DNA of 64,000 nt, taken from NCBI GenBank assembly GCA_964496695.1, contig CAZCBE010000013.1:12401-76400 (forward strand). The letters run 5' to 3'. The notes below the pieces were generated by a model that saw only the letters and a list, made by a program, of their open reading frames with translations, had not been told where the DNA came from and ran no database searches. The stretch's first letter is position 1; each line of letters opens with the position of its first letter. This DNA comes from an uncultured Klebsiella sp. Lineage in GTDB: Bacteria; Verrucomicrobiota; Verrucomicrobiia; Limisphaerales; SXTU01. A program made the position numbers and the translations under genes. This document shows, piece by piece, positions 26,244-34,941 of this stretch.

Positions 26244-27497
26244 TCAAACGGCCAGATGCTTCTTCACCGCCGCCATCGTCTCGCGCTGGCGCTGCTCCAC
26301 GAAGGCGCGAGCCTTGGCCATCTTGGCCTTCGCAGCGGCGGGGTCCTTGGCCATCGCGAGCACGGCGGGGACGATGCCTTTGTGATCTTCGGCCTTGTCG
26401 AGATCGAAGAGCCATTCACCGAGGCCGATGTCGCGCCACATGAAGCCCTTGCTGGTCTGCTCCTCAAAGCGGCAGACGATGGCCGGGATGCCGTTGCCGA
26501 TGGCCATGATGGGCGAGTGCATCTCACTGCCGAAAATGCCCGCGCTGCGGACGTAGGTGCTGAGCGCCTGATCGGTGAGCCAGTATTTGTCACGCCAGAC
26601 GACGCGCTTCCGCACGTCCTCCGGCAGCTTGTCCCAGAACATCTCCTTGCTCACGGCCACCTGCGTCATGTCCTCGGGGCAGAGCAGCACCTTGAGCGGG
26701 GTCTCGCGCACGACGGCGATGATGGCCTCGCGGAGCGCCTTGTGGTCGTGCTCCTTCATCGCCTCGTTGCGCTCGTGGCGCTTGGCGTCGAAGGCGCGCT
26801 TCTTGTCTGGGATGGTCCAGTAAGGCGTGAAACGCAGGCGGGAGAGGCAGCAGAGAAACTTGCCCTCCTCCAGGCCGTTCGCCTTGAGGAAGGCGGTGGC
26901 CGTCGCATCATCGCGCAAGTCACAGGCAAACGCACCATCCGGACCGAACTCCATGATGGGGCTCTTCACGCCGTCCTTCTTCGCACGCTCCAGCGAGACG
27001 GAATCGCGGAAGTAAACGAACTTCGCGTGGTCGAGGATCTCCTTGTCCGAAGTGCTGGCTCCGCGAGTGATGCCATACACGCCGTAGGGCTTGCCGGTGT
27101 GCTTGGCGAAAGCTGCGACATCCTTCGCCGCCACGAGCGACGGGCCGGAGCCGTGCAGGAGGAAGTCCGCCCACGCGACGGCCTCGCCAAGGTCGGCGTT
27201 CGAGGCCTTGCCGTCCGCGCCGAGGGAGCCTTTGACGATCTTGAGCTTGGGGAAGCGCTTGTGCTCCATCGCCGCGACTTCCTCTGACAGATCGCCGGAG
27301 GCCCACAGGCGCACCTCGGCCTCGGGAATGTGTTTCTCGATGAGCGCCAGCACGCCCGGGGTGTGCGCGATGTCACCGATGTTCACGACCTGCCATGAGG
27401 AGCGCAGGAGGATACGCGGGGCGCGCTTGTCTGCGGCATGCACGGAGGCGGCAACCGTGGCGGCGATGGTGGAGTGGAGGAAGTGGCGGCGGTTCAT
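26244..27497 (-). CDS. Polysaccharide pyruvyl-transferase-fold protein with a twin-arginine signal
   Basis: [24 protein letters not shown] (RRxFL motif), then [31 protein letters not shown], typical of PS_pyruv_trans N-termini. The start ATG overlaps the upstream stop (ATGA). Confidence 0.65.
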   Translation of the reverse strand: MNRRHFLHSTIAATVAASVHAADKRAPRILLRSSWQVVNIGDIAHTPGVLALIEKHIPEAEVRLWASGDLSEEVAAMEHKRFPKLKIVKGSLGADGKASNADLGEAVAWADFLLHGSGPSLVAAKDVAAFAKHTGKPYGVYGITRGASTSDKEILDHAKFVYFRDSVSLERAKKDGVKSPIMEFGPDGAFACDLRDDATATAFLKANGLEEGKFLCCLSRLRFTPYWTIPDKKRAFDAKRHERNEAMKEHDHKALREAIIAVVRETPLKVLLCPEDMTQVAVSKEMFWDKLPEDVRKRVVWRDKYWLTDQALSTYVRSAGIFGSEMHSPIMAIGNGIPAIVCRFEEQTSKGFMWRDIGLGEWLFDLDKAEDHKGIVPAVLAMAKDPAAAKAKMAKARAFVEQRQRETMAAVKKHLAV

Positions 27498-28372
27498 GGC
27501 TGCTTGGTGGGTTTGATTTGCTTCGCTTTCTTGGCGGACTGGGTCAAGGCCAGGTAATTCTCGTTCGTGACGACTTTGCGGCCGCTGCGCTTTTCCAACT
27601 CAAGCCGCGCATTGCCTGCCACCGTGCCGCCTTCGTGCGCGGCCTGCTTCGTCTGCGGCAGGCCCTGGGCATCTTTGTTCCGCGTGATCTCGGTCGTCGC
27701 CGCCTCGCCCAGCATCGAAAAGATGAGTTCAAGGTCAGTCATGTGATCACGGAGATTCTCGCGCTTGAGGCGCTTGAACTCGGCGTATTCGGAAGGCGTG
27801 AGGCCGAAGGTGGCCTTGGAAATCTCGGCGGTGAGGATGGCGTAATCGCGCTGCTCCTTCACACCGCGCTGCTTCCACTCGTCCGTCAGTTCGTCGCGGA
27901 CGGCGATGGAACGCATCCGCTTCTCAATCCAGTCGGCGGAGTAGCCCTTGGCCTGATAGAGTGCGCGGGTGCGCTTGGTGGCGAGTTCCGGGTCTTCGAT
28001 TTCCTGAATGCGTTCGTAGCCGACGCGCGCCAGCCACCGCTTGAACGGCTCGGCCTTGGGGCTGGGAATGCTCTGGATGAGGCGGAAGATGCCCTCGGTG
28101 TTCCAGCACTGGAGCAACTGGCGACCGCCGGGGGTTTCAAACTCCAGGCCAAGGGGGGGGACAAGTTGTCCCCCCCCCTTGAAAGCCTCGGACAATGGCC
28201 CATCGCGCTTGCGAAGCTTCTTGAGGTAGTCGGACTGGTTCACCGAATCCGTCATCGCTGCCACGATATCCGTGATGACGAACCACCACTCGCCGCCGTG
28301 AATGACCCGGCGGATTTCGCGCTTTTGGAACAACGCGATCCGGGCTTCAGGATTTGAGGCGCTCTCACTCAT
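27494..28372 (-). CDS. Bro-N domain protein (DinD / antirepressor-like)
   Basis: [29 protein letters not shown] (Bro-N) and [32 protein letters not shown]. There are ATGA overlaps at both ends. Confidence 0.75.
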   Translation of the reverse strand: MSESASNPEARIALFQKREIRRVIHGGEWWFVITDIVAAMTDSVNQSDYLKKLRKRDGPLSEAFKGGGQLVPPLGLEFETPGGRQLLQCWNTEGIFRLIQSIPSPKAEPFKRWLARVGYERIQEIEDPELATKRTRALYQAKGYSADWIEKRMRSIAVRDELTDEWKQRGVKEQRDYAILTAEISKATFGLTPSEYAEFKRLKRENLRDHMTDLELIFSMLGEAATTEITRNKDAQGLPQTKQAAHEGGTVAGNARLELEKRSGRKVVTNENYLALTQSAKKAKQIKPTKQP

Positions 28373-29631
28373 GGCTTGAGCAAAGGCGGTTTCTCCGAGA
28401 TTGGCAACTCGCCGCGCAGCAGTTTGCCGCCGGCACCGGTGAGCCGGAGGTAGTAGTCACTGGGCAGGCCCTCGCAGGTGATGAACTTCGAGTCGCCGCC
28501 GATGGGCGCGTCGTTGGTGCATTTGAAGATGGCCGTGCCCTCGTCCACCTCGTCGAACATCGCCACATAGATCATCTGCGCTCCGGCACGCTTCGCGGCG
28601 ACGAACTGCGACCAGAGGAACTCGCCCTTCCGGCGCGGGATCGCATCGAGCGCGCCGCCGTGCATGTTGTGCCAACTGAAACCGGGGAAGACCACGGGCA
28701 GGTAATCGAGCTTCGCCTGCGCGCACCAGGCGAGGTCGGGCTGGAGCAACTTCTCGCCATGTCGCGCAGCCTCTGCCGGATCGCGGTAGCGGCCCACGGT
28801 CCAGGGACTCACAACGTCGGCGAGCTTTAGGATCTCGTGCAGCTCGGTGTCCTTGAGCGAGTCGTTTTTCAGCTCCCGCCAGTGAGTCGGCACGCCGAGC
28901 ATCACCGAGCAGCCGTCGCGCTTGAGGAACTCCACGAGCTGCCGGCACTCGGCGAGGGTGTATTTGCGATTGTCGTTGAAGCCGACGCCCCACACGGCCA
29001 CGAGCGGCCGGCCGCGATGCCGGAGATACGCCGCGCTGCCGGTCACGCGCTGCTCGGAGCGCAGCGCACGCCAGTCATCCATCACCTGCTGGATGCGATT
29101 AGTGCCAAGACCGCTGAGGTCATACATCACCGCGAAGGCCCGGCCGGAGCGTTCGGCTCCCGTGCGGCAGTGGGCGAGCACGGTGTTGTTGTGGCGGAGC
29201 ACCCGGGGATCGCGCAGGTCGGCGACGAACCGCTGCACGAATGCGCCGTCAATGCCGTAGTCCTGCATCCACTGGAAGTGCCGTAGGACCGTGGCTTCCT
29301 TGAACGAGCTGAACACCTCGGCGGCGCGGCCATCCGCGTGCTTGAACCCGGTGGCGAAGCGCTCGTCCGCGCCGAGTTCGGAGACATCGGGCCAGACATC
29401 GATCTTCGCGTTGCCCGGTGACATCGCTCCCCGGCCTTTCGTCCAGTGCACCCAGCCGCGCCCGACACCGTCACCTTCGCAGTTGAACCAGCCCTGGTAG
29501 CCGCACATCACCTTGCCGGTGAGGGTGGTCGTGTCCACCCGGGCGGACGGTGCAGCGGCCGGCGCGGCCAGCCCCAACACTGGGCAGCACAACGCAACGG
29601 CCAGCGCAAAGCAATGGCGACGACGGTTCAT
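28369..29631 (-). CDS. Secreted putative glycoside hydrolase (TIM-barrel-like; family not resolved)
   Basis: Signal peptide MNRRRHCFALAVALCCPVLGLAAPAAA. GKVMCGYQGWFNCEGDG...WVHW and FDEVDEGTAIFK resemble carbohydrate-active enzymes I cannot place in a CAZy family by eye. Confidence 0.5.
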   Translation of the reverse strand: MNRRRHCFALAVALCCPVLGLAAPAAAPSARVDTTTLTGKVMCGYQGWFNCEGDGVGRGWVHWTKGRGAMSPGNAKIDVWPDVSELGADERFATGFKHADGRAAEVFSSFKEATVLRHFQWMQDYGIDGAFVQRFVADLRDPRVLRHNNTVLAHCRTGAERSGRAFAVMYDLSGLGTNRIQQVMDDWRALRSEQRVTGSAAYLRHRGRPLVAVWGVGFNDNRKYTLAECRQLVEFLKRDGCSVMLGVPTHWRELKNDSLKDTELHEILKLADVVSPWTVGRYRDPAEAARHGEKLLQPDLAWCAQAKLDYLPVVFPGFSWHNMHGGALDAIPRRKGEFLWSQFVAAKRAGAQMIYVAMFDEVDEGTAIFKCTNDAPIGGDSKFITCEGLPSDYYLRLTGAGGKLLRGELPISEKPPLLKP

Positions 29632-29658
29632 GGCGCGGCGGGGACGGGGCGCGCTCCG

Positions 29659-30597
29659 TCAGAAATAGCCGGCCTTCTTCCGGTCTTCCATCGCGGCCTC
29701 GCTGGCCTTGTCGTCGGCGCGGGTGCCTCGCTCGGTGACGCGGGCGGCGGCGATCTCGGTGATGATGTCGGCCACGCTTTCGGCGGGGCTTTCGATCATG
29801 CCGGTGCTGATCATGTCCGCAATGGTGCGCACGCGGACGACCATGGTCTGGCGCGGTTCCTTCGCGGTCGGGCGGGCACCCTCGTAGGGATCGAGCCGGG
29901 TCGGGTCGGTGTGCTCGGGCGGGATGGGCAGCCACTGGCCGCCGCGCCGGAAGCATTCGCGCGTATGGCTGAAGTAGATGCTCGGCACCTCCAGCTTCTC
30001 GCGCTGGATGTATTCCCACACGTCCATCTCGGTCCAGTTGGAGAGCGGGAAGACGCGCATGTTCTCGCCGGGATTGAGGCGGCCGTTGTAGAGGTGCCAG
30101 ATCTCGGGGCGCTGGTTCTTCGGGTCCCATTGGCCGAACACGTCGCGGAAGCTGAAGAAACGCTCCTTGGCGCGGGCCTTCTCCTCGTCGCGTCGCGCGC
30201 CGCCCACGCAGCAGTCGAAGCGGTATTCCTCGATGGCGCCGAGGAGCGCGGGAATCTGGAGGCGGTTGCGGCTCACCTCGCCCTTGGTGAGGACGGCGGT
30301 GCCGGCAGCGATGGCATCCTCCACGGTGCGGACGATGAGCTTCGCGCCGAGCTGCTTCGCACGGCGGTCGCGGAACTCAAGGAGTTCCGGGAACTCATGG
30401 CCGGTCTCGACGTTGAGGAACGGCATGGGAATGTCGGCCGGGCGGAAGGCCTTCTCGGCGAGGCGCAGGATGCAGATGGAATCCTTGCCGCCGGAGAAGA
30501 GGAGCGCCGGCCGGTCGAATTCCGCCGCAACTTCGCGCAGAACGTGGATGGCCTCGGTTTCGAGGTATTGGAGATGATCGAGGTGGTAGGAGGACAT
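29659..30597 (-). CDS. cysD: Sulfate adenylyltransferase subunit 2
   Basis: LDHLQYLETEAIHVLREVAAEFDRPALLFSGGKDSICILRLAEKAF (PP-loop SGGKDS). Confidence 0.9.
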   Translation of the reverse strand: MSSYHLDHLQYLETEAIHVLREVAAEFDRPALLFSGGKDSICILRLAEKAFRPADIPMPFLNVETGHEFPELLEFRDRRAKQLGAKLIVRTVEDAIAAGTAVLTKGEVSRNRLQIPALLGAIEEYRFDCCVGGARRDEEKARAKERFFSFRDVFGQWDPKNQRPEIWHLYNGRLNPGENMRVFPLSNWTEMDVWEYIQREKLEVPSIYFSHTRECFRRGGQWLPIPPEHTDPTRLDPYEGARPTAKEPRQTMVVRVRTIADMISTGMIESPAESVADIITEIAAARVTERGTRADDKASEAAMEDRKKAGYF

Positions 30598-30633
30598 GGA
30601 AGGGGATGGGGTCTGGCGTCTGGGGGATGGGGT

Positions 30634-30996
30634 TCAGTTTCGGTCGCCTTGGGAGCGGATGAGGCCGCTGATGAGTTTGCCGGTCTGGATGCAGAGGGAA
30701 AGCAGGTGCTCTTGCTCGGGCAGGGTTACGAATTTGTTATCGAGCAGGACGTAGCTCATGGAACGGACTTCACCACACGAACGGCGGGCGTAGTTGTAAG
30801 CCTGGCGCTTCTCGGCGAGATGCAGGGATTCCCAGCCTTCGGCGAGGTTGTTCATCACGGATACTGCGGCACGCTGAAGCTGGTCGCGCAGGCCAAAGTC
30901 CCTCGCCAGCGGTTCGCGGCGGCAAAGGGAATAGACTTGGTTGGTCAGCACACGCGCTGACTTCCACGCTTCCGAATTTTCAAACGGTTCGCCCAT
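30634..30996 (-). CDS. Four-helix-bundle protein (23S rRNA intervening-sequence protein / Avd-like family)
   Basis: 120 aa. AWKSARVLTNQVYSL...QLQRAAVSVMNNLAEGW...YNYARRSCGEVRS is the characteristic pattern. Confidence 0.8.
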   Translation of the reverse strand: MGEPFENSEAWKSARVLTNQVYSLCRREPLARDFGLRDQLQRAAVSVMNNLAEGWESLHLAEKRQAYNYARRSCGEVRSMSYVLLDNKFVTLPEQEHLLSLCIQTGKLISGLIRSQGDRN

Positions 30997-31076
30997 GTGT
31001 TATGGGGTCTAGGGTCTGGGATTTTGGGTCTTGGGCTTCGGCTCACGGAGGCATCTGGCTTCCCAGACGCCAGACG

Positions 31077-31751
31077 CTAGACCCCATCCCCCTTGGCGAC
31101 TGCTTTTCCGCCCCAGGCCGCATGGAGACCGCACTCACGCTTCTCATCCGCCTTTGCAGGGTCGAAGTAGTCCCATTCGTTCGGAAGGTTGTGCTGTTTC
31201 AGATAGGCTTCCATCTCGGCGTCGGACCAGTGGAAGACGGGGCTGACTTTGAGGGAGTTGAAGTTGCCGTCGGGGCTGACGATGTCCAGGCCGGCGCGGT
31301 TGGGGTTCTGGACTTTGCGGAGCGCGGTGAGCCAGACGGTGGGGGCGAGTTCCCTCATGCCGCGCTGGAAGGGCTCCAGCTTCATCACAGTGCTGAAGGC
31401 CTTGATGCGCTCCTCGTTCTCCGGCGTCGGCTCGGGCATGCCGCCGTGGACGGCGTCGTAGTGGGCGGCGGTGAGCCGGGGCAAGTAGGCCTTGATGTTG
31501 AGCTTTAGCTGGGCCTTGAGCGCCTCGGCGTGCAGGTAGGTGGCGGGGCGGTTGTAACCGTGGTCCACCCAGAGCACCGGGATGTCCGGCTGCACCTGCG
31601 TAACGAGGTGGAGGATGACGGCCTCGTAGGGGCGATAGTTCGTCGAGACGATGGCGCGGCCACCGGCCTGGGCGATGGCCCACTTCACGACGTCGAGGGC
31701 GGATTTGTTCCTAAGTTCGGCGTTGGCTTGGGTGATTTGGTCGGGGGTCAT
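31077..31751 (-). CDS. cysH: Phosphoadenylyl-sulfate (PAPS/APS) reductase
   Basis: MTPDQITQANAELRNKSALDVVKWAI..., C-terminal ECGLH motif (KRECGLHAAW). ATG at 31751; the track ORF opens at TTG 31766. Confidence 0.85.
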   Translation of the reverse strand: MTPDQITQANAELRNKSALDVVKWAIAQAGGRAIVSTNYRPYEAVILHLVTQVQPDIPVLWVDHGYNRPATYLHAEALKAQLKLNIKAYLPRLTAAHYDAVHGGMPEPTPENEERIKAFSTVMKLEPFQRGMRELAPTVWLTALRKVQNPNRAGLDIVSPDGNFNSLKVSPVFHWSDAEMEAYLKQHNLPNEWDYFDPAKADEKRECGLHAAWGGKAVAKGDGV

Positions 31752-31762
31752 GGGATTGAAAA

Positions 31763-32212
31763 TCAAAGTTGGCTCAAATCGGCGAGATCCTTCGGACGGG
31801 CGCTGGCCTGCTTGTTCAGCTTCAAATCAACCAGGCTGAGCATGTGGACCGGCACGCCATCGTAGTCAGTCTCAATGCGCCGCCCCCAAGCCAAGACGAA
31901 GTCACCGCCGGAAATTCGGTTCAACACTTCGATCAGGTGCGGACGCGCGCCAAAGTGGGTGACGACTTCAGGATCGAGCAGTTGAGCCGTGGTCAAACCG
32001 GCCATCTCATCGCTGAAAAACTTGCGGATGGCGGCCACCGCCCGATCCGCGTTTTCGGGCGTCCGGTTGATCCAGACATCCATGTCCGAGGTGACACGGG
32101 GGTAGCCGTGAAAGGAGACCGCGTGACCGCCGATGAGCAGATACTCAACCCCAGCGGCGTTGAGACACGCGAGGAACTCGCGGAAGTCGGGCGGCAGATG
32201 CCTCGGGTCCAT
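31763..32212 (-). CDS. Minimal nucleotidyltransferase-fold protein
   Basis: VEYLLIGGHAVSFHGYPRVTSDMDVWI fits the GG-x(n)-D-x-D NTase signature. 149 aa. Confidence 0.6.
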   Translation of the reverse strand: MDPRHLPPDFREFLACLNAAGVEYLLIGGHAVSFHGYPRVTSDMDVWINRTPENADRAVAAIRKFFSDEMAGLTTAQLLDPEVVTHFGARPHLIEVLNRISGGDFVLAWGRRIETDYDGVPVHMLSLVDLKLNKQASARPKDLADLSQL

Positions 32213-32351
32213 AGTTCAGTTCGCGCAGGTATTCGAGATGCCAGAGGCGTTCCTGAGGCGTGCGGGAATGCCAGAACTCGCGCTCCTTCGCGTCGGCCTC
32301 CGCGAAGCCTCGTGAGAAGGAAACCATGGGTTTGATACGGCGTTCAGCCAT
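32145..32351 (-). CDS. Small partner protein overlapping the NTase gene by 68 nt (or the N-terminal part of a frameshifted fusion)
   Basis: 68 aa: FAEADAKEREFWHSRTPQERLWHLEYLRELNYG. Its 3-prime end overlaps the 31763-32212 ORF in another frame. Confidence 0.4.
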   Translation of the reverse strand: MAERRIKPMVSFSRGFAEADAKEREFWHSRTPQERLWHLEYLRELNYGPEASAARLPRVPRVSQRRWG

Positions 32352-32404
32352 GCAGGAAATGTGGCCACAAATGGGAAAGAATTCAATCCGTAAACTTGCC
32401 CAAC

Positions 32405-32479
32405 TGCCTCTCCGATGGTGTCGAGGGCCGACTGGTGGCGGAGAGTGGCGTTCGCCTGAGTGATTTGGTCGGGGGTCAT
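32405..32479 (-). pseudogene. Duplicated remnant of the cysH 5-prime end
   Basis: atgacccccgaccaaatcac (minus strand) is identical to the true cysH start. MTPDQITQANATLRHQSALD compares with MTPDQITQANAELRNKSALD, and similarity is lost after about 23 codons. Confidence 0.75.
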
Positions 32480-32498
32480 TTAGCGAAACTCGGTAAAA

Positions 32499-33242
32499 TC
32501 AATTCCAACTGCCTTCCGCAAAGGCGTCTTTTGCACCATTGAAGGTATGCCGAAGAAATGGGTGCTCCTCCAATTCGCTGTCGGCGATTACTAACTGCCC
32601 ACTTCGCTGGAGGATGAGACGGCTCGTGGAGTCCGGCAAAGGGTGACTGCTTACGAAGTAGAAGAAAATGAATCCCGAAAACACGAAACGGATGCATCTG
32701 TGGCCACTGACTCGTGAAGGCGTAGGCTCAACAAAAAAATCGCGGAATACATCACCGTCGAATTTGAGGGAGCAAACGAAACACGCATACTCATCAGGGG
32801 AGCCTGGCGTGTCCGACATCAACAGCAGCCTAATCTTCTCCTCGTGCGGCCCCAAGTCTACGTGCCGAAAGAATCCGTGAGTTGCAGCGGCGGCTCTCCA
32901 GAGAACCGATAGTAAGAAGAGCTTCATGCGAGCGTAGTCAAGGCCAGTAATTACAATCGCATTCGCGCGCCCCTGAGACTGAGGGGTTGGGAGAGGTCTG
33001 CCAAAAAAATCGTTGCTCGCATAGTGCTCAAGTTTGGAGAACTTTAATTCGCAGTTCGCACACATCAGTGGCTCACGGAATCCCTTTTGCTCCCATTCCC
33101 AAGCGCGCTCCGTAATTTGTGCGCTCCGAAAGCGGTGCTTTGCGTCGTAAAGGGGCCTGTAGATGAATTCTGGAATTATGTGAGAATTCATCAACTTGGC
33201 TGGTGTCTGGCAAAGCCGACAATATGTCTGTGGCGCACTCAC
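32499..33242 (-). CDS. Orphan low-GC protein with N-terminal CxxC-x(6)-SHIIPEF motif
   Basis: MSAPQTYCRLCQTPAKLMNSHIIPEFIY...CANCELKF; 247 aa. It is clearly more AT-rich than the flanking cysI and cysH. I recognise no family with confidence. Confidence 0.55.
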   Translation of the reverse strand: MSAPQTYCRLCQTPAKLMNSHIIPEFIYRPLYDAKHRFRSAQITERAWEWEQKGFREPLMCANCELKFSKLEHYASNDFFGRPLPTPQSQGRANAIVITGLDYARMKLFLLSVLWRAAAATHGFFRHVDLGPHEEKIRLLLMSDTPGSPDEYACFVCSLKFDGDVFRDFFVEPTPSRVSGHRCIRFVFSGFIFFYFVSSHPLPDSTSRLILQRSGQLVIADSELEEHPFLRHTFNGAKDAFAEGSWN

Positions 33243-33255
33243 CCGTGGCAGCCCC

Positions 33256-34941
33256 TCAATTCGTCGCAGGAACCTGCTCCTTCAACACCACGCGATCACA
33301 CCAGTCACCAAAGCGCTCGCTCGCGCTGCGCTCCTTCGCGAAGCGCGCGAGGAGGGGGCGGAGTTCGGTCTCGATCTCGGGGTCTTTCACCACGTCCTTG
33401 AAGAGCGTGTTGAGACGGGTGCCGGCGGCGTTGCCGCCGAGCCAGAGCTGGTAGCGGCCGGGGGCCTTGCCCACGAAGGCAATCTCCGCCATGTAGGGAC
33501 GCGCGCAACCGTTCGGGCAGCCGGTCGAGCGGATGATGATCTCCTCGCTGCCGAGGCCGAGGTCGCCGCAAAGTTTTTCGACGCGGTCCACGAGGCCGGG
33601 GAGCATGCGCTCGGACTCGGCCAGCGCGAGGCCGCAGGTGGGCAGCGCGGGGCAGGCCATCGAGTTGCCGTGGAGCAGGCTGGCCTGGTTTTCAGTGCGG
33701 ACGCCGTGCTCCGCGAAGAGCGCGGTGATGGCCGCCTGATCGGCATCACTCACGTTGGCGAGGATGACGTTCTGGTTGCCGGTGAGGCGGAACTCGATGC
33801 CGGAAAACTTCTCAGCGATGCGGCGCAGGGCGGTCTTCTGGCGCACCTTGTCGGTATCCTTGATGCGGCCCGTCTCGACGAAGAGCGTGAGGAAATTCGT
33901 GCCGTCCAGCGCCTTTTGCCAGCCGTAGGTGTCGTTGGAGGAAGTGAACTTGTAGGCACGGGCGGGCCCGAGCTTGAAGCCGGCGCGCTGTTCGATCTCC
34001 GCGCGGACGAAGTCCACGCCCTTCTCGGCCACCACGTATTTGAGACGGGCGTGCTTGCGGTCGGTGCGATCGCCGAAGTCGCGGTGGACGGTGAGGACGG
34101 CCTTGGCCACTTCAACCACCTGTTCCGACGTGACGAAGCCCATCACGTCCGCCAGGCGCGGGTAGGTGGTGCTCTGGCCGTGGCTGCGGCCCATGCCGCC
34201 GCCAACGGTGAGGTTGTAGCCGACGAGCTGGCCGTTCTCGACGATGGCGATGAAGCCGAGGTCGTTGGTGAGGACGTCCATGTCGTTCACCGGCGGCATG
34301 ACGAAGGCGGTCTTGAACTTGCGCGGCAGGTAGGTCTTGCCGTAGAGCGGGTCCACGAAGTCCTTGTTCGCCGGGTCATCCAGACTGAGCTGCACGCCGT
34401 CAATCCAGATGGCGTGGTAGGCCGTCGTCTTGGGCGCGAGTGCGGCGACCACGCGATGCACGTCGGCGACCATCGTGGCGCGGGCGGTGGTCTGCACGGG
34501 CGTCGGCGCGGCCATGACATTGCGGTTCACGTCACCGCAGGCGGCGAGCGTGGAGAGCAGGGAATCGTTGATCTTCTTGATGAGCGGCCCGAGGCCGGAC
34601 ATCACGACACCGTGGAACTGGATGCTCTGCCGCGTGGTGATGCGCAGGGTGTTGTTCCCGTAGGTCGTGGCGAGGTCATCAAAAGTGATCCACTGCGCGG
34701 GGGTCATGATGCCGCCGGGGATGCGCCCGCGGATCATCATGATGAACTTCTTCTGCGTCTTGCGCAGGTCGCGGTCATCCTGCTGGTAGATGCCGTGGAA
34801 CTTGATGAACTGCTGATCGTCAGCGGAAAACTGGTCGGTGCCGGAGGCGACCGTGGCCGCGATGTTGCCGGCCAAAGTGGGAATGGCGTCCTTGATGACC
34901 TCGTTGTGGGTCACCTTTGCCGTCGGTTCTGTGGTAATCAT
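33256..34941 (-). CDS. cysI: Assimilatory sulfite reductase hemoprotein (CysI/Sir family)
   Basis: 561 aa. Two NIR_SIR repeats. Siroheme/4Fe-4S Cys cluster TGCPNGCARP and earlier ACPALPTCGLA. Confidence 0.85.
   Translation of the reverse strand: MITTEPTAKVTHNEVIKDAIPTLAGNIAATVASGTDQFSADDQQFIKFHGIYQQDDRDLRKTQKKFIMMIRGRIPGGIMTPAQWITFDDLATTYGNNTLRITTRQSIQFHGVVMSGLGPLIKKINDSLLSTLAACGDVNRNVMAAPTPVQTTARATMVADVHRVVAALAPKTTAYHAIWIDGVQLSLDDPANKDFVDPLYGKTYLPRKFKTAFVMPPVNDMDVLTNDLGFIAIVENGQLVGYNLTVGGGMGRSHGQSTTYPRLADVMGFVTSEQVVEVAKAVLTVHRDFGDRTDRKHARLKYVVAEKGVDFVRAEIEQRAGFKLGPARAYKFTSSNDTYGWQKALDGTNFLTLFVETGRIKDTDKVRQKTALRRIAEKFSGIEFRLTGNQNVILANVSDADQAAITALFAEHGVRTENQASLLHGNSMACPALPTCGLALAESERMLPGLVDRVEKLCGDLGLGSEEIIIRSTGCPNGCARPYMAEIAFVGKAPGRYQLWLGGNAAGTRLNTLFKDVVKDPEIETELRPLLARFAKERSASERFGDWCDRVVLKEQVPATN

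Noticed and set aside
27494-28372. Bro-N gene as evidence of a prophage
   Set aside because: There is no integrase, capsid, terminase, tail or lysis gene in the surrounding 20 kb. The gene is translationally coupled to non-phage neighbours.
30634-30996. Four-helix-bundle (Avd-like) gene as part of a diversity-generating retroelement
   Set aside because: No reverse transcriptase ORF and no template/variable repeat pair are visible anywhere in the window.
32216-32479. 87-aa ORF starting MTPDQITQANA...
   Set aside because: Only the first ~23 codons resemble cysH, as a duplicated remnant. The rest is out-of-frame or antisense sequence of the small NTase partner gene. It is reported as a pseudogene fragment instead.
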